Below are positions 1 through 12,816 of a stretch of 55,764 nt of DNA, one piece after another. Made by a program: the position numbers and the translations under genes. Below the pieces are notes generated by a model that had not been told where the DNA came from, ran no database searches, and saw only the letters and a program-made list of their open reading frames with translations. Position 1 is the stretch's first letter. Each line of letters begins with the position of its first letter. Source of the DNA: Verrucomicrobiia bacterium (lineage in GTDB: Bacteria; Verrucomicrobiota; Verrucomicrobiia; Limisphaerales; UBA11358); NCBI GenBank assembly GCA_035652955.1, contig DASRCU010000238.1, forward strand, positions 1 to 55,764, given 5' to 3'.

Positions 1-1765
1 CCTGGTTGTAGGAGCCGGTGAATTCCACGCCATAAATCCGGCCCTTGGCATAGTTAAACGCCGACAGGATCAGCGTCTGGCCGAACAATCCGTCGTCAAG
101 CTGATCCTTGGCTGTCTTGTAATAACCGTCCACGCCCAGCCGCAGGTGCTTGGTGACTTGTTGAGAAATGCCGGCGTCGAAATAATTCGCGCGCTCGGCT
201 GCCACCGAACTGATCCCGTTGGTGATGGAGGAAGCGTTGGATGTGCCGTTAAACTGGTTCACTGTCTCGGTTGATATGTTTTCCAGTGGCGGCGGCGTGA
301 AGTAACGCGCGTAACCCGCGTGCAGCGTCGTCGAGTCCGTCGGCTTATAGACGATATTCACGCGCGGGCTGGGCTGGTTGCCTTTGTAGAACGAGGAATA
401 ATACTCGTCAAACCGCGCACCGTAATTGATGGTGACTTTGGGCAGAATCTTCCATTCGTCTTGCAAATACACGCCAGCAAACACGGCGTGCGAAACGCTG
501 CTGTCCGGAATTGGAAAGGCCGGTCCCGTCGGGTTCCCGCTGCCATCCACAGGGAAAACCATGGTGGTGCTGTCGGCGGACAGATATTCATCCAGCAACA
601 TCATGCCGGCGCGAATCGTGTGCTTGTCGCCAAGCGCGTAGCTGGCATCAGCTTGCAGACCGCCGGAATACAGGTCGCGCTTCACGTCGCTGGCTACGCC
701 GTTGAAGTAAAGGTCGCCGACCGGATCGGGCGTGAAATGGACGCCGCTCATCCGGCCGTAGGCGGCGACTTGATAATTCAAATCGCCCGTTGATTGCTGA
801 TAAGCCGCGATGCCGTAGTAATTTTGCTCGTTTTGATTTTCGTTCAGGTTCGCCGAATCGAAATTCGTTGTGGACATTTGCGATGACCATTGAGTGCTTC
901 CATCGGGCGAGGTTCCCGGCGGCAACCCGGGTGTGTTGGGCACTTGGTAATCGCTGTAATCCGCGCCACCCATGAAACTGATCCGGCTGGTGTCGGTCAG
1001 AATGCGCGACGCATAAACGAACGCCTTGTATTGTTCCGTCTGGTCATGGATGGCATTTTTGCTGGGCGTCGGGTTTTCGATGCCAAGACTGTTCTGGTCA
1101 TAAATGCCGTCCACGAAGTAATCCCACTTCCCTTGCCGGCCGCCGAAATCGAAGCTGGGCCGGAATGTGTCGTAACTTCCGCCATACAGATCAAAAACAC
1201 CGCCCGGCTCGAACGCGCCGGTCCGCGTGTGGATGTCCACCACGCCCGCCGTGCGGAAGCCGTATTCCGCCGGCAACGAGCCGGTGATGATCTGCATCGA
1301 GTCCACAAAGCGAGGGTCCAATTCCAGTCCGAAGCCGGTGATGCCCTCCGGCAGCAGCACGTCATTGATGCGATACTGCAAGTTCGCGTGCTCGCCACGC
1401 ACGTGCAGGTCGCCGTTCACCGCTGAATCCTGCGCCACACCCGGCGCACGCAGGATGAGTTCGTTGAACGGCGCATTGGCTCCCTGCGATTGGGCTTTGA
1501 TTTGCGTCTGATTGAGGGTATAGACCGTCGCGCCGATGGACGGCACGATTTGCTCGCGCGCCTGATTCAACCGGCCGATGACGGTGATGTTACCGAGGTT
1601 GGCAACATTCGTCGAACTGCCTGTCGCGTCGGCGTCTGCCGCCGGCACAGAATTCGCCTGCGCCAGTGCCGTCCCGCCACAGGACAGCGCCACGACCGAA
1701 ATAACTGCCAAATACAAACTGCGATTTCTATTGTCTCTCCATGGAAATTTTTCAATTGGTTTCAT
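1..1765 (-). CDS. TonB-dependent outer-membrane receptor; the C-terminal end runs off the left edge of the window
   Basis: Absent from the ORF track because it has no stop codon inside the window. The minus-strand frame is open from the ATG at 1765 to position 1. My own translation starts MKPIEKFPWRDNRNRSLYLAVISVVALSCGGTALAQ (signal peptide). It continues with plug-like ITVIGRLNQAREQIVPSIGATVYTL...GDLHVRGEHANLQYRINDVLLPEG and barrel-like ...YKTAKDQLDDGLFGQTLILSAFNYAKGRIYGVEFTGSYNQ at the window edge. Confidence 0.85.
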   Translation of the reverse strand, partial: MKPIEKFPWRDNRNRSLYLAVISVVALSCGGTALAQANSVPAADADATGSSTNVANLGNITVIGRLNQAREQIVPSIGATVYTLNQTQIKAQSQGANAPFNELILRAPGVAQDSAVNGDLHVRGEHANLQYRINDVLLPEGITGFGLELDPRFVDSMQIITGSLPAEYGFRTAGVVDIHTRTGAFEPGGVFDLYGGSYDTFRPSFDFGGRQGKWDYFVDGIYDQNSLGIENPTPSKNAIHDQTEQYKAFVYASRILTDTSRISFMGGADYSDYQVPNTPGLPPGTSPDGSTQWSSQMSTTNFDSANLNENQNEQNYYGIAAYQQSTGDLNYQVAAYGRMSGVHFTPDPVGDLYFNGVASDVKRDLYSGGLQADASYALGDKHTIRAGMMLLDEYLSADSTTMVFPVDGSGNPTGPAFPIPDSSVSHAVFAGVYLQDEWKILPKVTINYGARFDEYYSSFYKGNQPSPRVNIVYKPTDSTTLHAGYARYFTPPPLENISTETVNQFNGTSNASSITNGISSVAAERANYFDAGISQQVTKHLRLGVDGYYKTAKDQLDDGLFGQTLILSAFNYAKGRIYGVEFTGSYNQ

Positions 1766-1833
1766 TTTCTTCTCCTTGCGACACCGCACGCCAAGCGTGA
1801 GCGTTAACTCACTCTGGTTAATGCAAACGAAAT

Positions 1834-1855
1834 CCAGTCAGCCGAAGCTGACTGG
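1834..1855 (-). terminator. Perfect 9-bp stem / 4-nt loop hairpin directly after the stop of the small His/Cys protein gene
   Basis: CCAGTCAGC-CGAA-GCTGACTGG at 1834-1855. On the minus strand it is followed by ATTTCGTTTGC, a weak U-tract. It could be a terminator or an attenuator ahead of the TonB-dependent receptor gene. Confidence 0.4.
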
Positions 1856-1856
1856 C

Positions 1857-2183
1857 TTAGACTTGGGGAGAAGAAACTGCGGGCGGGGCGCGGCCTTGCG
1901 GAAGATTTTCGATGGCCGGACTGAAAGCGGAAATGATGAAGTGACGAGGCGCTTCAACTACCAAGGTCGGCGGCGGAATAATGATTTCACAGGTTGCGGC
2001 GCTTACTTTTCCGTGGGCGATCAGCGTGACTGCGCAATGGTGATCCGGTTTGTCCGCGTCCTTGTGAATCCATTCGTGCAGCGCGGGGCACGCCGCCATC
2101 GCGTCGAGGAACAAAATCATTCCTGCCAGCAACGCCGCGAGCGACGCCTTGCCGAAGCAAAAATGCTTTGGTGCACGTTTCAT
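1857..2183 (-). CDS. Small membrane-anchored His/Cys-rich hypothetical protein (108 aa)
   Basis: ORF with an ATG at 2183, only 6 nt downstream of the ZIP gene stop. Hydrophobic N-terminus (ASLAALLAGMILFL) followed by CPALHEWIHKDADKPDHHCAVTLIAHGK. I could not assign a family by eye. Confidence 0.55.
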   Translation of the reverse strand: MKRAPKHFCFGKASLAALLAGMILFLDAMAACPALHEWIHKDADKPDHHCAVTLIAHGKVSAATCEIIIPPPTLVVEAPRHFIISAFSPAIENLPQGRAPPAVSSPQV

Positions 2184-2189
2184 TTGCGC

Positions 2190-3038
2190 TTAACCGGTCT
2201 CAAATTGTCCGATGATGACGGCTACCGCAAGTCCCGCGAGCAAGGCGGCAGACAATTTGAACCGATCGTGCGAATGGAATTGCAGTTCCGGCAACAAATC
2301 GCTGCTGGCGATGCACAGGAAAGAACCGGCGCAAAAGGCCAGCGCGGCGCCGAGTACCGGCGTGCTGCCGGCGGCGAACCGCGCGGCGCCGGCATAAAAC
2401 AGCGCCGCCCCCAGCGGCGTGGCCAGCGCAAACAGGAGATTCAAGACGTGCCGTGAAAATCGGGAACTTCCCCCGGCGGCCATCAGGGTGGAAACCGCCA
2501 TCGCGTCGAACGGCTTGTGCAGGATCACCACCAGCGCCACTCCGAGGCCGGCAATCCGCGCGTTGCCCTGGCGGCCGGCTTCGACCGCCGCCGCGAGGGC
2601 GAGGCCGTCCAGCAGCGAGTGCAAGGTCAGACCCAGCGCCGTGCCGACCCAGGAAAGTTGTTTCGCCGATTTATCGGCCAGCGTGTGGGCATGCCCGTCG
2701 TCGGGATGAGGCGAGTGAGCGTGGCCGTGGCCGCAGCAATCTTCAGGATCGCCTTCCGGCAGATCGTGATGATGAAACTGGAAGAACCGCTGAATGAAAA
2801 ACATCGCCAAAAATCCGCCGAGCAACCATTCGGCGGTTTGGTCGAGCGAGTGCAGGTGCGCGTCGGCATCCGGCAGGAAATGCAGCAGCGCAATACCGAG
2901 CATCAGCCCGGCGACAAAACTGACGGCCATTTGCAGCCGCGGATGCGTCAGCCGCAGGAACAGCAAAAACCAGCCGCCGGCCAGAGACGCCAGCAGCACC
3001 AGCAGGCAATAAAGGGTCAGCAGCAGGGCCGGCGTCAT
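2190..3038 (-). CDS. ZIP-family divalent metal (zinc) transporter
   Basis: Multi-pass hydrophobic protein with a His-rich loop (HHHDLPEGDPEDCCGHGHAHSPHPDDGHAH). Carries ZIP signatures LHSLLDGLALAAA and ILHKPFDAMAVS. ATG at 3038. Confidence 0.9.
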   Translation of the reverse strand: MTPALLLTLYCLLVLLASLAGGWFLLFLRLTHPRLQMAVSFVAGLMLGIALLHFLPDADAHLHSLDQTAEWLLGGFLAMFFIQRFFQFHHHDLPEGDPEDCCGHGHAHSPHPDDGHAHTLADKSAKQLSWVGTALGLTLHSLLDGLALAAAVEAGRQGNARIAGLGVALVVILHKPFDAMAVSTLMAAGGSSRFSRHVLNLLFALATPLGAALFYAGAARFAAGSTPVLGAALAFCAGSFLCIASSDLLPELQFHSHDRFKLSAALLAGLAVAVIIGQFETG

Positions 3039-3097
3039 GATGCTTGGCGGTTTGCGAGGGACGAGCGGCGTGGTCCGAGGGATCGAAAAACGGGACC

Positions 3098-3108
3098 TGA
3101 ATCATTCA
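3098..3108. promoter_or_regulatory. Fur-family (Zur)-like inverted repeat upstream of the ZIP gene
   Basis: TGAAT-C-ATTCA is a perfect 5-1-5 palindrome. The extended form CCTGAAT-C-ATTCATG matches 6 of 7 positions. It lies 60-70 nt upstream of the ZIP start, in the 85-nt gap after secA. Confidence 0.3.
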
Positions 3109-3123
3109 TGGCCCAACGCCGGT

Positions 3124-6198
<3,075 letters not shown>

Positions 6199-6339
6199 GC
6201 GTGTCAAACCGAATAAATACGCTACGCGAGGATGGGCGCGGCGTCAAAGCCAATCCCGGCTGAAATGCGTGGAGGCGTCCGTTCCCCCAAGAAGACCCGC
6301 CGGCACGGCGATGGACGGACGCCGCAGGGCTGCGGGCCG

Positions 6340-7128
6340 TTACGGATGCGGCGTGAATTTCAAAGCGGCCAATGAGGCGGCAGGGATGCTCGAAAGGTCG
6401 TCCTGATAAAAATACCACAGGCGGGTGGAAGTGCTGTAGGTGGTGATTTCATAGAGGTCTTCGGCCCTGACCCAATGAACCGAGCCGTCCACCTGCAATT
6501 CATTGCCGCCGTCGGGAAACGCGCTCCCGTGGCGAAGATGAACCGGCTGCCATTTCGAGACGTCGGCCTGATAAACGACGTCTTCGGCCGCCAGCACCCA
6601 GCCCGGCCGGGCCGTGCCCAATTTGACGGGGCTCAGTGAAGCGAAGGTGCCCTGTTTGTTGACCCAGTTGGTTACGCCGCCCAGATACTGATAGCCGATC
6701 TGCCATTGGGGCGGCGTGGTGCTTCGGTTCAGACTGGCCAATCCGCCGTTGAGTTCCGGACAGACCCACACCGAGGGGGTGTTGGTTTTGGTGGGATCGA
6801 GGTTGACGGATTTGGATTCGGTGGCCGAATCGTCGTTCAAGGCATGCAGGTTGTAGTTGGCGCCGGCCTTGCGCGGCGAGAAGAGTCGTTCCTGGTTGTC
6901 GCCGGCGTAGATATTCAGTCCCACGCCGATCTGTTTCAAATTGCCGAGGCAGCGGATGCGTCGGGCTCGTTCCTTGGCGCTGGCCAGTGCCGGCAGCAGC
7001 AGCGCCGCCAGAATGGCGATGATGGCGATGACCACCAGCAGTTCAATGAGCGTAAATGCCGGCGCGGAATCCCCCCCGCAAGCGCGGCGTTTGGCGGCTC
7101 CGAATATCCGCTCGTGGAGGATCGCCAT
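6340..7128 (-). CDS. Prepilin-type N-terminal cleavage/methylation domain protein (pseudopilin-like, C-terminal DGSV motif), copy B
   Basis: The internal ATG at 7128 gives [24 protein letters not shown]|[25 protein letters not shown], with Glu at position +5. The C-terminus reads [12 protein letters not shown]. This start lies 8 nt after the stop of the upstream giant gene. The longer ORF-track start at 7263 would overlap that gene. Confidence 0.85.
   Translation of the reverse strand: MAILHERIFGAAKRRACGGDSAPAFTLIELLVVIAIIAILAALLLPALASAKERARRIRCLGNLKQIGVGLNIYAGDNQERLFSPRKAGANYNLHALNDDSATESKSVNLDPTKTNTPSVWVCPELNGGLASLNRSTTPPQWQIGYQYLGGVTNWVNKQGTFASLSPVKLGTARPGWVLAAEDVVYQADVSKWQPVHLRHGSAFPDGGNELQVDGSVHWVRAEDLYEITTYSTSTRLWYFYQDDLSSIPAASLAALKFTPHP
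6982..7056 (-). repeat. Conserved 75-nt segment encoding [25 protein letters not shown] (dispersed repeat, copy B)
   Basis: By eye it is nearly identical at DNA level to 12353-12427 and similar to 54611-54685. Confidence 0.7.
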
Positions 7129-7135
7129 GGCAATC

Positions 7136-10100
7136 TCAGGGCATTTGGATGATGAAAAACTCCTGCGGGGCGGCGCCGGGAACGTTGGTAAAACTGAAGG
7201 CGCCGTTGGCATCAAATTGGTTGGTGGCCACCGGCGTCCAATCGGCCAGCGGCGCCGCCACATTGGTGGACGTTAACAGGTAAAACGTTCCGCCCGCGCC
7301 GCCGCCGGTGACGCGGAAGGTGACGTGGCCGCCCGTGAGATTCACCTCACCCAACATCGGCGCCGGTGGCGCCGCGACGGTGACTTTGAGGATGCCGCTG
7401 GACAATTGCGAAGTGTCCCAGGCCAGCCCCGCGCCGGGCGCCGGCGGGACGATGTTGGTGAACGCCCCGGTAATGGCGCCGGCGGAAAACAACGTGACGC
7501 TGTCGCCGTTGGTCAGCACGTCGCCGGCAAGGTTTAATTGCAACGTGCCGCCGAGCGCCAGAGTCGTGACGTTCGTGATCAGGTCGCCGGTCAATACGCC
7601 GCCGGTTTTGTTCACATCCATGCGGCAGGTGCCGGCCAGGGTCAGCGGCCCGTTAATGACGAGTGTTCCGATGGCGTTGTCACCGGGCGACAACACGCCG
7701 TTGTTTTCCACCGTGACCGGCGCGTGAATGGAGCCGATGCCGGCCAGCGTGCCGCCCGCCACGTCCACGCCGCTGCCCCCCAGGCTGCCGTCCACCTGCA
7801 GCGTGCCGTTGCTGACGAGAGTCGCACCGGAATAGGTGTCGGCCCCGGACAAAATCAGCGTGGAACCGCCAGTTTTAATCAGGCCGCCGGCGCCGCTGAG
7901 GACGTTGTTGAAGGTGAAGGGGGCATTGACATTGAATGTGGCGTTGCCTTCCAGGGTGACCGGTCCGCTGACCGTGCTGGGGCCGTTATCGTTTTGAATC
8001 GCCGCGCCGTCTTGCAACACGATCACCTTGTTCAACGGCGAGGCGTCTCCGCCCAGATTGTAAGTTTCCAGCAGCGCTCCGGAATGCACGGTGAGGGTCC
8101 TGGTCGGATCGCCGAATCCGGCCAGTGCCACGGTGGTATTTTGGATGGCCAATTCCCCTTGCTGCACGTCCACGTTGCCCAGCGTGGGATCCACCGAGCA
8201 ATACACCAGCGCCACCTCGTTGCTGCCCACCTTGGTGAGGTTGTAGCCGCCGCCGTTGAGGTTGAGCAACGCCGGCGAGGTGCTGGAACCGCGAAGATCC
8301 CAACGGCCGGTGCCGCCGAAGGTGGTGTCGCCGGCCAGCGTCAGGGAAGCAAAGGCGTGGATTTGATCGGCGCCGCTGTTGACGAGAGCGCCGGTGCCGC
8401 CGGGACCCGCGCCCGAGGCCGTTATCGCAATCGAGGAAGCCGTCAGGTTTTGGCCGTTCACGTCCAGCGCGCCGCCGTTGGTCACGAACACGCCGCCGGC
8501 ATTTTCAACGGCGGTGATCGCGCCCACCTTGAGCGTTCCCTCAACCACGTTGATGGCCGAAGCCCAGCCGGTGTTGTTGCCGGACCAGGTGAGGGTGTTG
8601 GTGTTGGTCTTGATCAACGTGCCGTAACCGGCGACGGGCGTGGCGAACTCGGCATCCGCCGGCTGGTCGAAGATCAGCGAACCGTTGTTGAGGTAAATGC
8701 CCGGGCCGCCAAACGTGTTGACGTTTGTATTGGCGATGATGACCGAGCCGGTGCCCGAATATAACCCCACGAAAAGTCCGCCGGCGCTGAAGTTGGCGCT
8801 GCCGCCGGCAAAGGTCAGGCGGCCATTTTCGACATCAATGACGTTGAAATCATTGGTGCCGTCGTTGCGAATGGTCAAACTGCCGGTTCCGGCATTGGTC
8901 AGGCTGCCGCCGCCCAGCGCGCCGCTGCCGGCAAACACATATGCTTGAACGTTGTTGCTCATGGTGAGGGAACCGGGAATTACCGAGCCCGCCAGATTGA
9001 CCGCTGGCGACGCCGAGCCGGTGTCGTCGAAGACCACGTTGTCCAGATTATAAAACTTATCCGCCGTGGCGCCGTTCTTCCAATTGGCGCTGCTCTTGAG
9101 GTCCCAGGAATTGGTCAACCCGTCGCCGGCCCAAATCAAATTGGCCGGGCCGCTGCCGCCGACCTGGAGTTGGACGGCGCCGGGCGTGGCGGTGTTGAAG
9201 GTGAAGGTGTAACGACTCTGCGCTGCCGCGCCGGCGATCTGAAGATTCTCCGGACCGCCGGTCAGCCCGCCGGAGTAAGCAATCAGCGTGTAGGGGTTGA
9301 CCGTGTCGAACGCGCCGTTCAAGGCCGTGAGGCGCACGGCGTTGGTCCCCTGCAGCGTCAAATTGCCGGAAACTTGAAGCTGATCATTTCCCCCGAAGCC
9401 GGAGCTGGACAAATCCACCCGCAACGTGGCGTCATCCAACGTCAGGTTGTTGAGCAAATACAAAGGCGCGACGCCGCCGGATTCACCGGGGACCAGGACC
9501 GACCCGGGCGCCATTGTCAAATCGCCGTAGAACGAACCGGCGCCGGAAAGTTCATTGCTCACCCGCAGGCCGCCGGACAGGGCCGAAACATCCCACGTGG
9601 CCGTACCCGCCGCGCCCAGGTCAAAGACCTTCGGGCTGGCAATGATGCCGTTGTGGGTGATGACCAGGGAATTGGAGGCTTGCAGGACGTCCACGTTGGT
9701 GATCACGCCGCCGTCCACCGTCACCACGCCGGCGGGCAGCGACGAATGCGGCGGCAGATTCAGCAGGCCGTTAGTGACGTTGTAATTTTCCGAACCGCCG
9801 CCGTGCGTCAGTGTGCCCAGCACGTTGACGATGCCGCCGTTGATGTTGAGCGTGGCCGTGATACCCGCCGGGGAGCCGGCCGAATGGGCCATGTCCAGGT
9901 TGGAATACACGTTCACCACGGCGCCGGCATTGAACAAGCCGTTGCTGCCGACGGTGACCGTGCCGCTGACGGCGCCGACGGCGCTGGCAGAATTTTGGTA
10001 AGCGATTTCCAGCGTGTTGACGTTCAGCGTGCCCGCGCCCAGCGTCAGGAAGCCAGCCGAACCGCCGCCGCCGTTGCCGGTCTGGCCGCGGCCCAGATAA

Positions 10101-11041
10101 ATCGTATTGGCCAGAATGTCCGCCGTTCCGGCGCTCAGATCCACGTTGCCGCGGCTGGGATTGCCGCTGCCGCTTTGGGAAGAGTTGTCGCCGATGTCCC
10201 ATTCGGCCAGGGGGCTGAGGCCATCGCTGCCGCGCAGGTAAAGCGAGCCGCCCGGACTGCCCAGGGTCATGGCGCCGGAGCATTTCTGGCCGCCTATGCG
10301 GATGGTGTCGGCGAAAATGCGATTTTGAACCCCCAACGTCACGGCCGAGAGCGTGCTGTTACCGTTGTTGTTACCGTTGTTGTCGCTGACCAGCAGTTGC
10401 GGGGAGGCGCCCCACAACGTCAGGGTGTTGGTGCGGGCCAGAATGAGATTGCCCGTGGCGCGCCGCAACGTGGTGTTTCCCACTCCAACCTGCACGCGGC
10501 CCAGATTCGCCGTGAAGGTGTCCAGACCGGAGAGGTCGAGATTGGCTGAGTGCGAGCCGCTGTTGGCATGCGTCTGGCGAATGAGAAGATCCGCATTGGT
10601 GCTGTCAATCCTCAGCGTGCCGCCGGCGCCGGAGAGGGTGGCGTTGACCACTTCGGTGCTGGAAGGCTGGGTTTCGGTGCCCACCAACAGGGCGTGTCCC
10701 AGGCTGCTCGCGCCGCCCAGAGTCAGCGTAACGCCGGGAGCAATCTGCGTGTTGTGCACGCCGTTGGTCTGACCGTACCAGAGCGAATTGATGCTCAGGC
10801 TGCCCGAAACGATGTTGTTGATGGTGGAAGTGTCGCTGGCCGCACCGGTGTCGAAAAATTGCGCGTTGTCGGCGCCGCCGGGCGGCCCGGGCGGCGTCCA
10901 ATTGCCCGGCGTGGACCAGTTCAAATCGCTGCCGGCAGCTCCAGTCCAAGTGTAGTTGGTTTGAGCGGCAACGGAAAAAACTGCGGCGGGGACGAGAATC
11001 AAAGATACAACCGGCCGGAGAAGGGCAATCGCTTTTTTCAT
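7136..11041 (-). CDS. Giant secreted autotransporter-associated beta-strand-repeat protein (about 1302 aa)
   Basis: The ATG at 11041 gives [27 protein letters not shown] (signal peptide), then [23 protein letters not shown]. Many G/T/N/L-rich repeats follow, such as [34 protein letters not shown]. The C-terminal domain ends ...[11 protein letters not shown]. Confidence 0.85.
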   Translation of the reverse strand: MKKAIALLRPVVSLILVPAAVFSVAAQTNYTWTGAAGSDLNWSTPGNWTPPGPPGGADNAQFFDTGAASDTSTINNIVSGSLSINSLWYGQTNGVHNTQIAPGVTLTLGGASSLGHALLVGTETQPSSTEVVNATLSGAGGTLRIDSTNADLLIRQTHANSGSHSANLDLSGLDTFTANLGRVQVGVGNTTLRRATGNLILARTNTLTLWGASPQLLVSDNNGNNNGNSTLSAVTLGVQNRIFADTIRIGGQKCSGAMTLGSPGGSLYLRGSDGLSPLAEWDIGDNSSQSGSGNPSRGNVDLSAGTADILANTIYLGRGQTGNGGGGSAGFLTLGAGTLNVNTLEIAYQNSASAVGAVSGTVTVGSNGLFNAGAVVNVYSNLDMAHSAGSPAGITATLNINGGIVNVLGTLTHGGGSENYNVTNGLLNLPPHSSLPAGVVTVDGGVITNVDVLQASNSLVITHNGIIASPKVFDLGAAGTATWDVSALSGGLRVSNELSGAGSFYGDLTMAPGSVLVPGESGGVAPLYLLNNLTLDDATLRVDLSSSGFGGNDQLQVSGNLTLQGTNAVRLTALNGAFDTVNPYTLIAYSGGLTGGPENLQIAGAAAQSRYTFTFNTATPGAVQLQVGGSGPANLIWAGDGLTNSWDLKSSANWKNGATADKFYNLDNVVFDDTGSASPAVNLAGSVIPGSLTMSNNVQAYVFAGSGALGGGSLTNAGTGSLTIRNDGTNDFNVIDVENGRLTFAGGSANFSAGGLFVGLYSGTGSVIIANTNVNTFGGPGIYLNNGSLIFDQPADAEFATPVAGYGTLIKTNTNTLTWSGNNTGWASAINVVEGTLKVGAITAVENAGGVFVTNGGALDVNGQNLTASSIAITASGAGPGGTGALVNSGADQIHAFASLTLAGDTTFGGTGRWDLRGSSTSPALLNLNGGGYNLTKVGSNEVALVYCSVDPTLGNVDVQQGELAIQNTTVALAGFGDPTRTLTVHSGALLETYNLGGDASPLNKVIVLQDGAAIQNDNGPSTVSGPVTLEGNATFNVNAPFTFNNVLSGAGGLIKTGGSTLILSGADTYSGATLVSNGTLQVDGSLGGSGVDVAGGTLAGIGSIHAPVTVENNGVLSPGDNAIGTLVINGPLTLAGTCRMDVNKTGGVLTGDLITNVTTLALGGTLQLNLAGDVLTNGDSVTLFSAGAITGAFTNIVPPAPGAGLAWDTSQLSSGILKVTVAAPPAPMLGEVNLTGGHVTFRVTGGGAGGTFYLLTSTNVAAPLADWTPVATNQFDANGAFSFTNVPGAAPQEFFIIQMP

Positions 11042-11176
11042 AGGCTCCAACGAATTTCCATTTTGCCGAAACCTCTCCCTCGCCCAGCCGCGCGCAACGT
11101 GTGAACAAGCGGCCGTGCAGGTTTTTGTTTCGGCTTTTCGGAACCAGCTTAAAGCCGGAGCGGCGCACTGCCCATT

Positions 11177-11188
11177 GAACATTTGTTC
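11177..11188. promoter_or_regulatory. Palindromic motif copy S1, GAACATTTGTTC
   Basis: Perfect GAACA-TT-TGTTC. It lies 136 nt upstream of the giant-protein ATG (11041) and 28 nt past the stop of the frameshifted small gene. Confidence 0.5.
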
Positions 11189-11215
11189 TACCCCCAACCG
11201 CCGCCGTTCATTCCG

Positions 11216-11585
11216 TCAGGGCAGTTCCAGCCGATAAAATGAGGTCGCCGAACGTGGCGTCAGCCCGTTGCTGAACCGGAATTCGTCGCGGACATCAAAC
11301 AGGTTGGTGGCAGGTGTGCCCAGGCTGAAGGGGCGACGCCAGATTGGTGTTGGCGAGAACCAGGTTGGTGCCGGGGATGATCGCCGAATTGAACACCGAC
11401 CGGGCTCGTTACCGCGGCAACGCCGTTGGCAGAGGGCAAGGGAACCTGGCCACCGCTATAATCCGCGCCGGAGAAATGCAGCATCCGATTTCCCAGCGCA
11501 GCCGGTGATACAGCAGCCCGCCCGCTAAAAACGCCAGCGCTCAGCGCGAAGACCAAGTTGAGGGCATTTGCGTTTCACGTTTCAT
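11216..11585 (-). pseudogene. Frameshifted small secreted-protein gene
   Basis: A protein-like reading needs three minus-strand frames. These are MKRETQ.. (ATG at 11585), then ..LNLVFALSAGVFSGRAAVSPAALGNRMLHFSGADYSGGQVPLPSANGVAAVTSPVGVQF, then ..AIIPGTNLVLANTNLASPL. The last segment is ..FSLGTPATNLFDVRDEFRFSNGLTPRSATSFYRLELP, with its stop at 11216-11218. The ORF track only shows fragments (11260-11556 and the tail of 11541-11903). Confidence 0.4.
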
Positions 11586-11602
11586 GCCCGGCGCTTTGCG
11601 TT

Positions 11603-12493
11603 TTACCGCCAGCCCGGAAAGCGATAGCCCTGATGAATGTATTCGTAATCCGGGCCGGATGTTTTGGCTCCCGGCGGCCCGGAAGTGCTGGGGGCGGTCT
11701 GGCCGCTGGCAATTCTCTGGCCGTATTGAATGATGGCTGTGTCCAGCCATTTGTGGCCTTCGGCGTGCCCATCGGCGTAGCCAAAGGTGCCCACCGCGCC
11801 GTGATACATCGCCGGCGAATCCACCCACTGGAACGGCTGCCACCACGCGGCCAGATTCCAGCTCACCACCCAACTGCCGTTGTTGTAACCGCGCGAGTCG
11901 CAATCTTCAATGAACACAAAGGTCTGCGCCGCATTTTGAATGCCCGAAAGTTTGGTGTAGCACTGATTGATGCCCCAGTAATCGCCGCCATGCGGGTCGC
12001 CGGTGATGTTTTGCGTTTTGGAATAACTGTCGTAAGCCCAGTGATTGCCGGGCGCATTGCGGGTGCGCAGGTCGCCTGGGCAATGATACACCGCCGCGTG
12101 GCGGGCATAGGCCGCCAGCGGATTATTGGTGCCGTTCAACGCCGCCTGCACCAGCTTTTCCGCCGCGTCTTCCGAAATGCCGGACTGATTCCACGGCGCG
12201 GTGGCGCCATTGAGCACCGGATTCCAGAAACCGCCGGCCTTGCCGTAAGCGACGATCTGGTCGTTGTTATCGCCGGCATACATGACAAACGCCAGCAACA
12301 ACTGCCGCTGATTGCTCACGCACACCGCTTGCGTGCCTTTGAGCTTGGCCCGCGCCAGCGCCGGCAGCAGCAGCGCCGCCAGAATGGCAATGATGGCAAT
12401 GACTACCAACAGTTCAATCAGGGTGAACCCTGGCGACCGTTGCCGGTGGTCAAATCGCGCGCCGACATTTTCTGTGTGGCCTGGGCGGATCAT
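11603..12493 (-). CDS. Prepilin-type N-terminal cleavage/methylation domain protein (pseudopilin-like), copy A
   Basis: [22 protein letters not shown]|[29 protein letters not shown]-terminal [14 protein letters not shown] motif. ATG at 12493. Confidence 0.9.
   Translation of the reverse strand: MIRPGHTENVGARFDHRQRSPGFTLIELLVVIAIIAILAALLLPALARAKLKGTQAVCVSNQRQLLLAFVMYAGDNNDQIVAYGKAGGFWNPVLNGATAPWNQSGISEDAAEKLVQAALNGTNNPLAAYARHAAVYHCPGDLRTRNAPGNHWAYDSYSKTQNITGDPHGGDYWGINQCYTKLSGIQNAAQTFVFIEDCDSRGYNNGSWVVSWNLAAWWQPFQWVDSPAMYHGAVGTFGYADGHAEGHKWLDTAIIQYGQRIASGQTAPSTSGPPGAKTSGPDYEYIHQGYRFPGWR
12353..12427 (-). repeat. Conserved 75-nt segment encoding [25 protein letters not shown] (dispersed repeat, copy A)
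   Basis: My own alignment of the reverse complements of copies A and B shows only a handful of third-position differences. Confidence 0.7.
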
Positions 12494-12547
12494 AATTTCT
12501 TGCCAGAGGTGTCGTCAGCTTGCCTCGCGCCGCCAAGTCTGGCTATC

Positions 12548-12559
12548 GAACGTTTGTTC
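12548..12559. promoter_or_regulatory. Palindromic motif copy S2, GAACGTTTGTTC
   Basis: Flanked as C-GAACGTTTGTTC-G. It sits in the 323-nt divergent region, 55 nt upstream of the pseudopilin-like copy A ATG (12493) and about 260 nt upstream of the 12817 gene. Confidence 0.5.
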
Positions 12560-12816
12560 GAGGGTCCCTCGACGCTGCGACGCTGCCGAGGCAGTTTTCT
12601 TGCGCGACAATTTCCATCACTCGGTTTCGCCAGGGCGCACTGCCGCTCGCGGAGAATGGATTGGCACAGAGGAACGGAGCAGGTTCAATGCGGCCGAACG
12701 GCTGGGCGGTTTCGGTGCGGGTAAAGGGCGGCGGAGCGTTTCTTTGAAATTGTCATTGGACGTGCCGGGCTGATTTGGTTTAATTCAACCATCCCGCCCC
12801 TGTGCGGGAACAAATT

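Noticed and set aside
7538-10549. Plus-strand ORFs of 408 aa (7538-8764) and 534 aa (8945-10549) opposite the giant repeat protein
   Set aside because: They are Arg/Gly/Ala-rich antisense artefacts. The minus strand gives a coherent signal peptide plus repeat protein.
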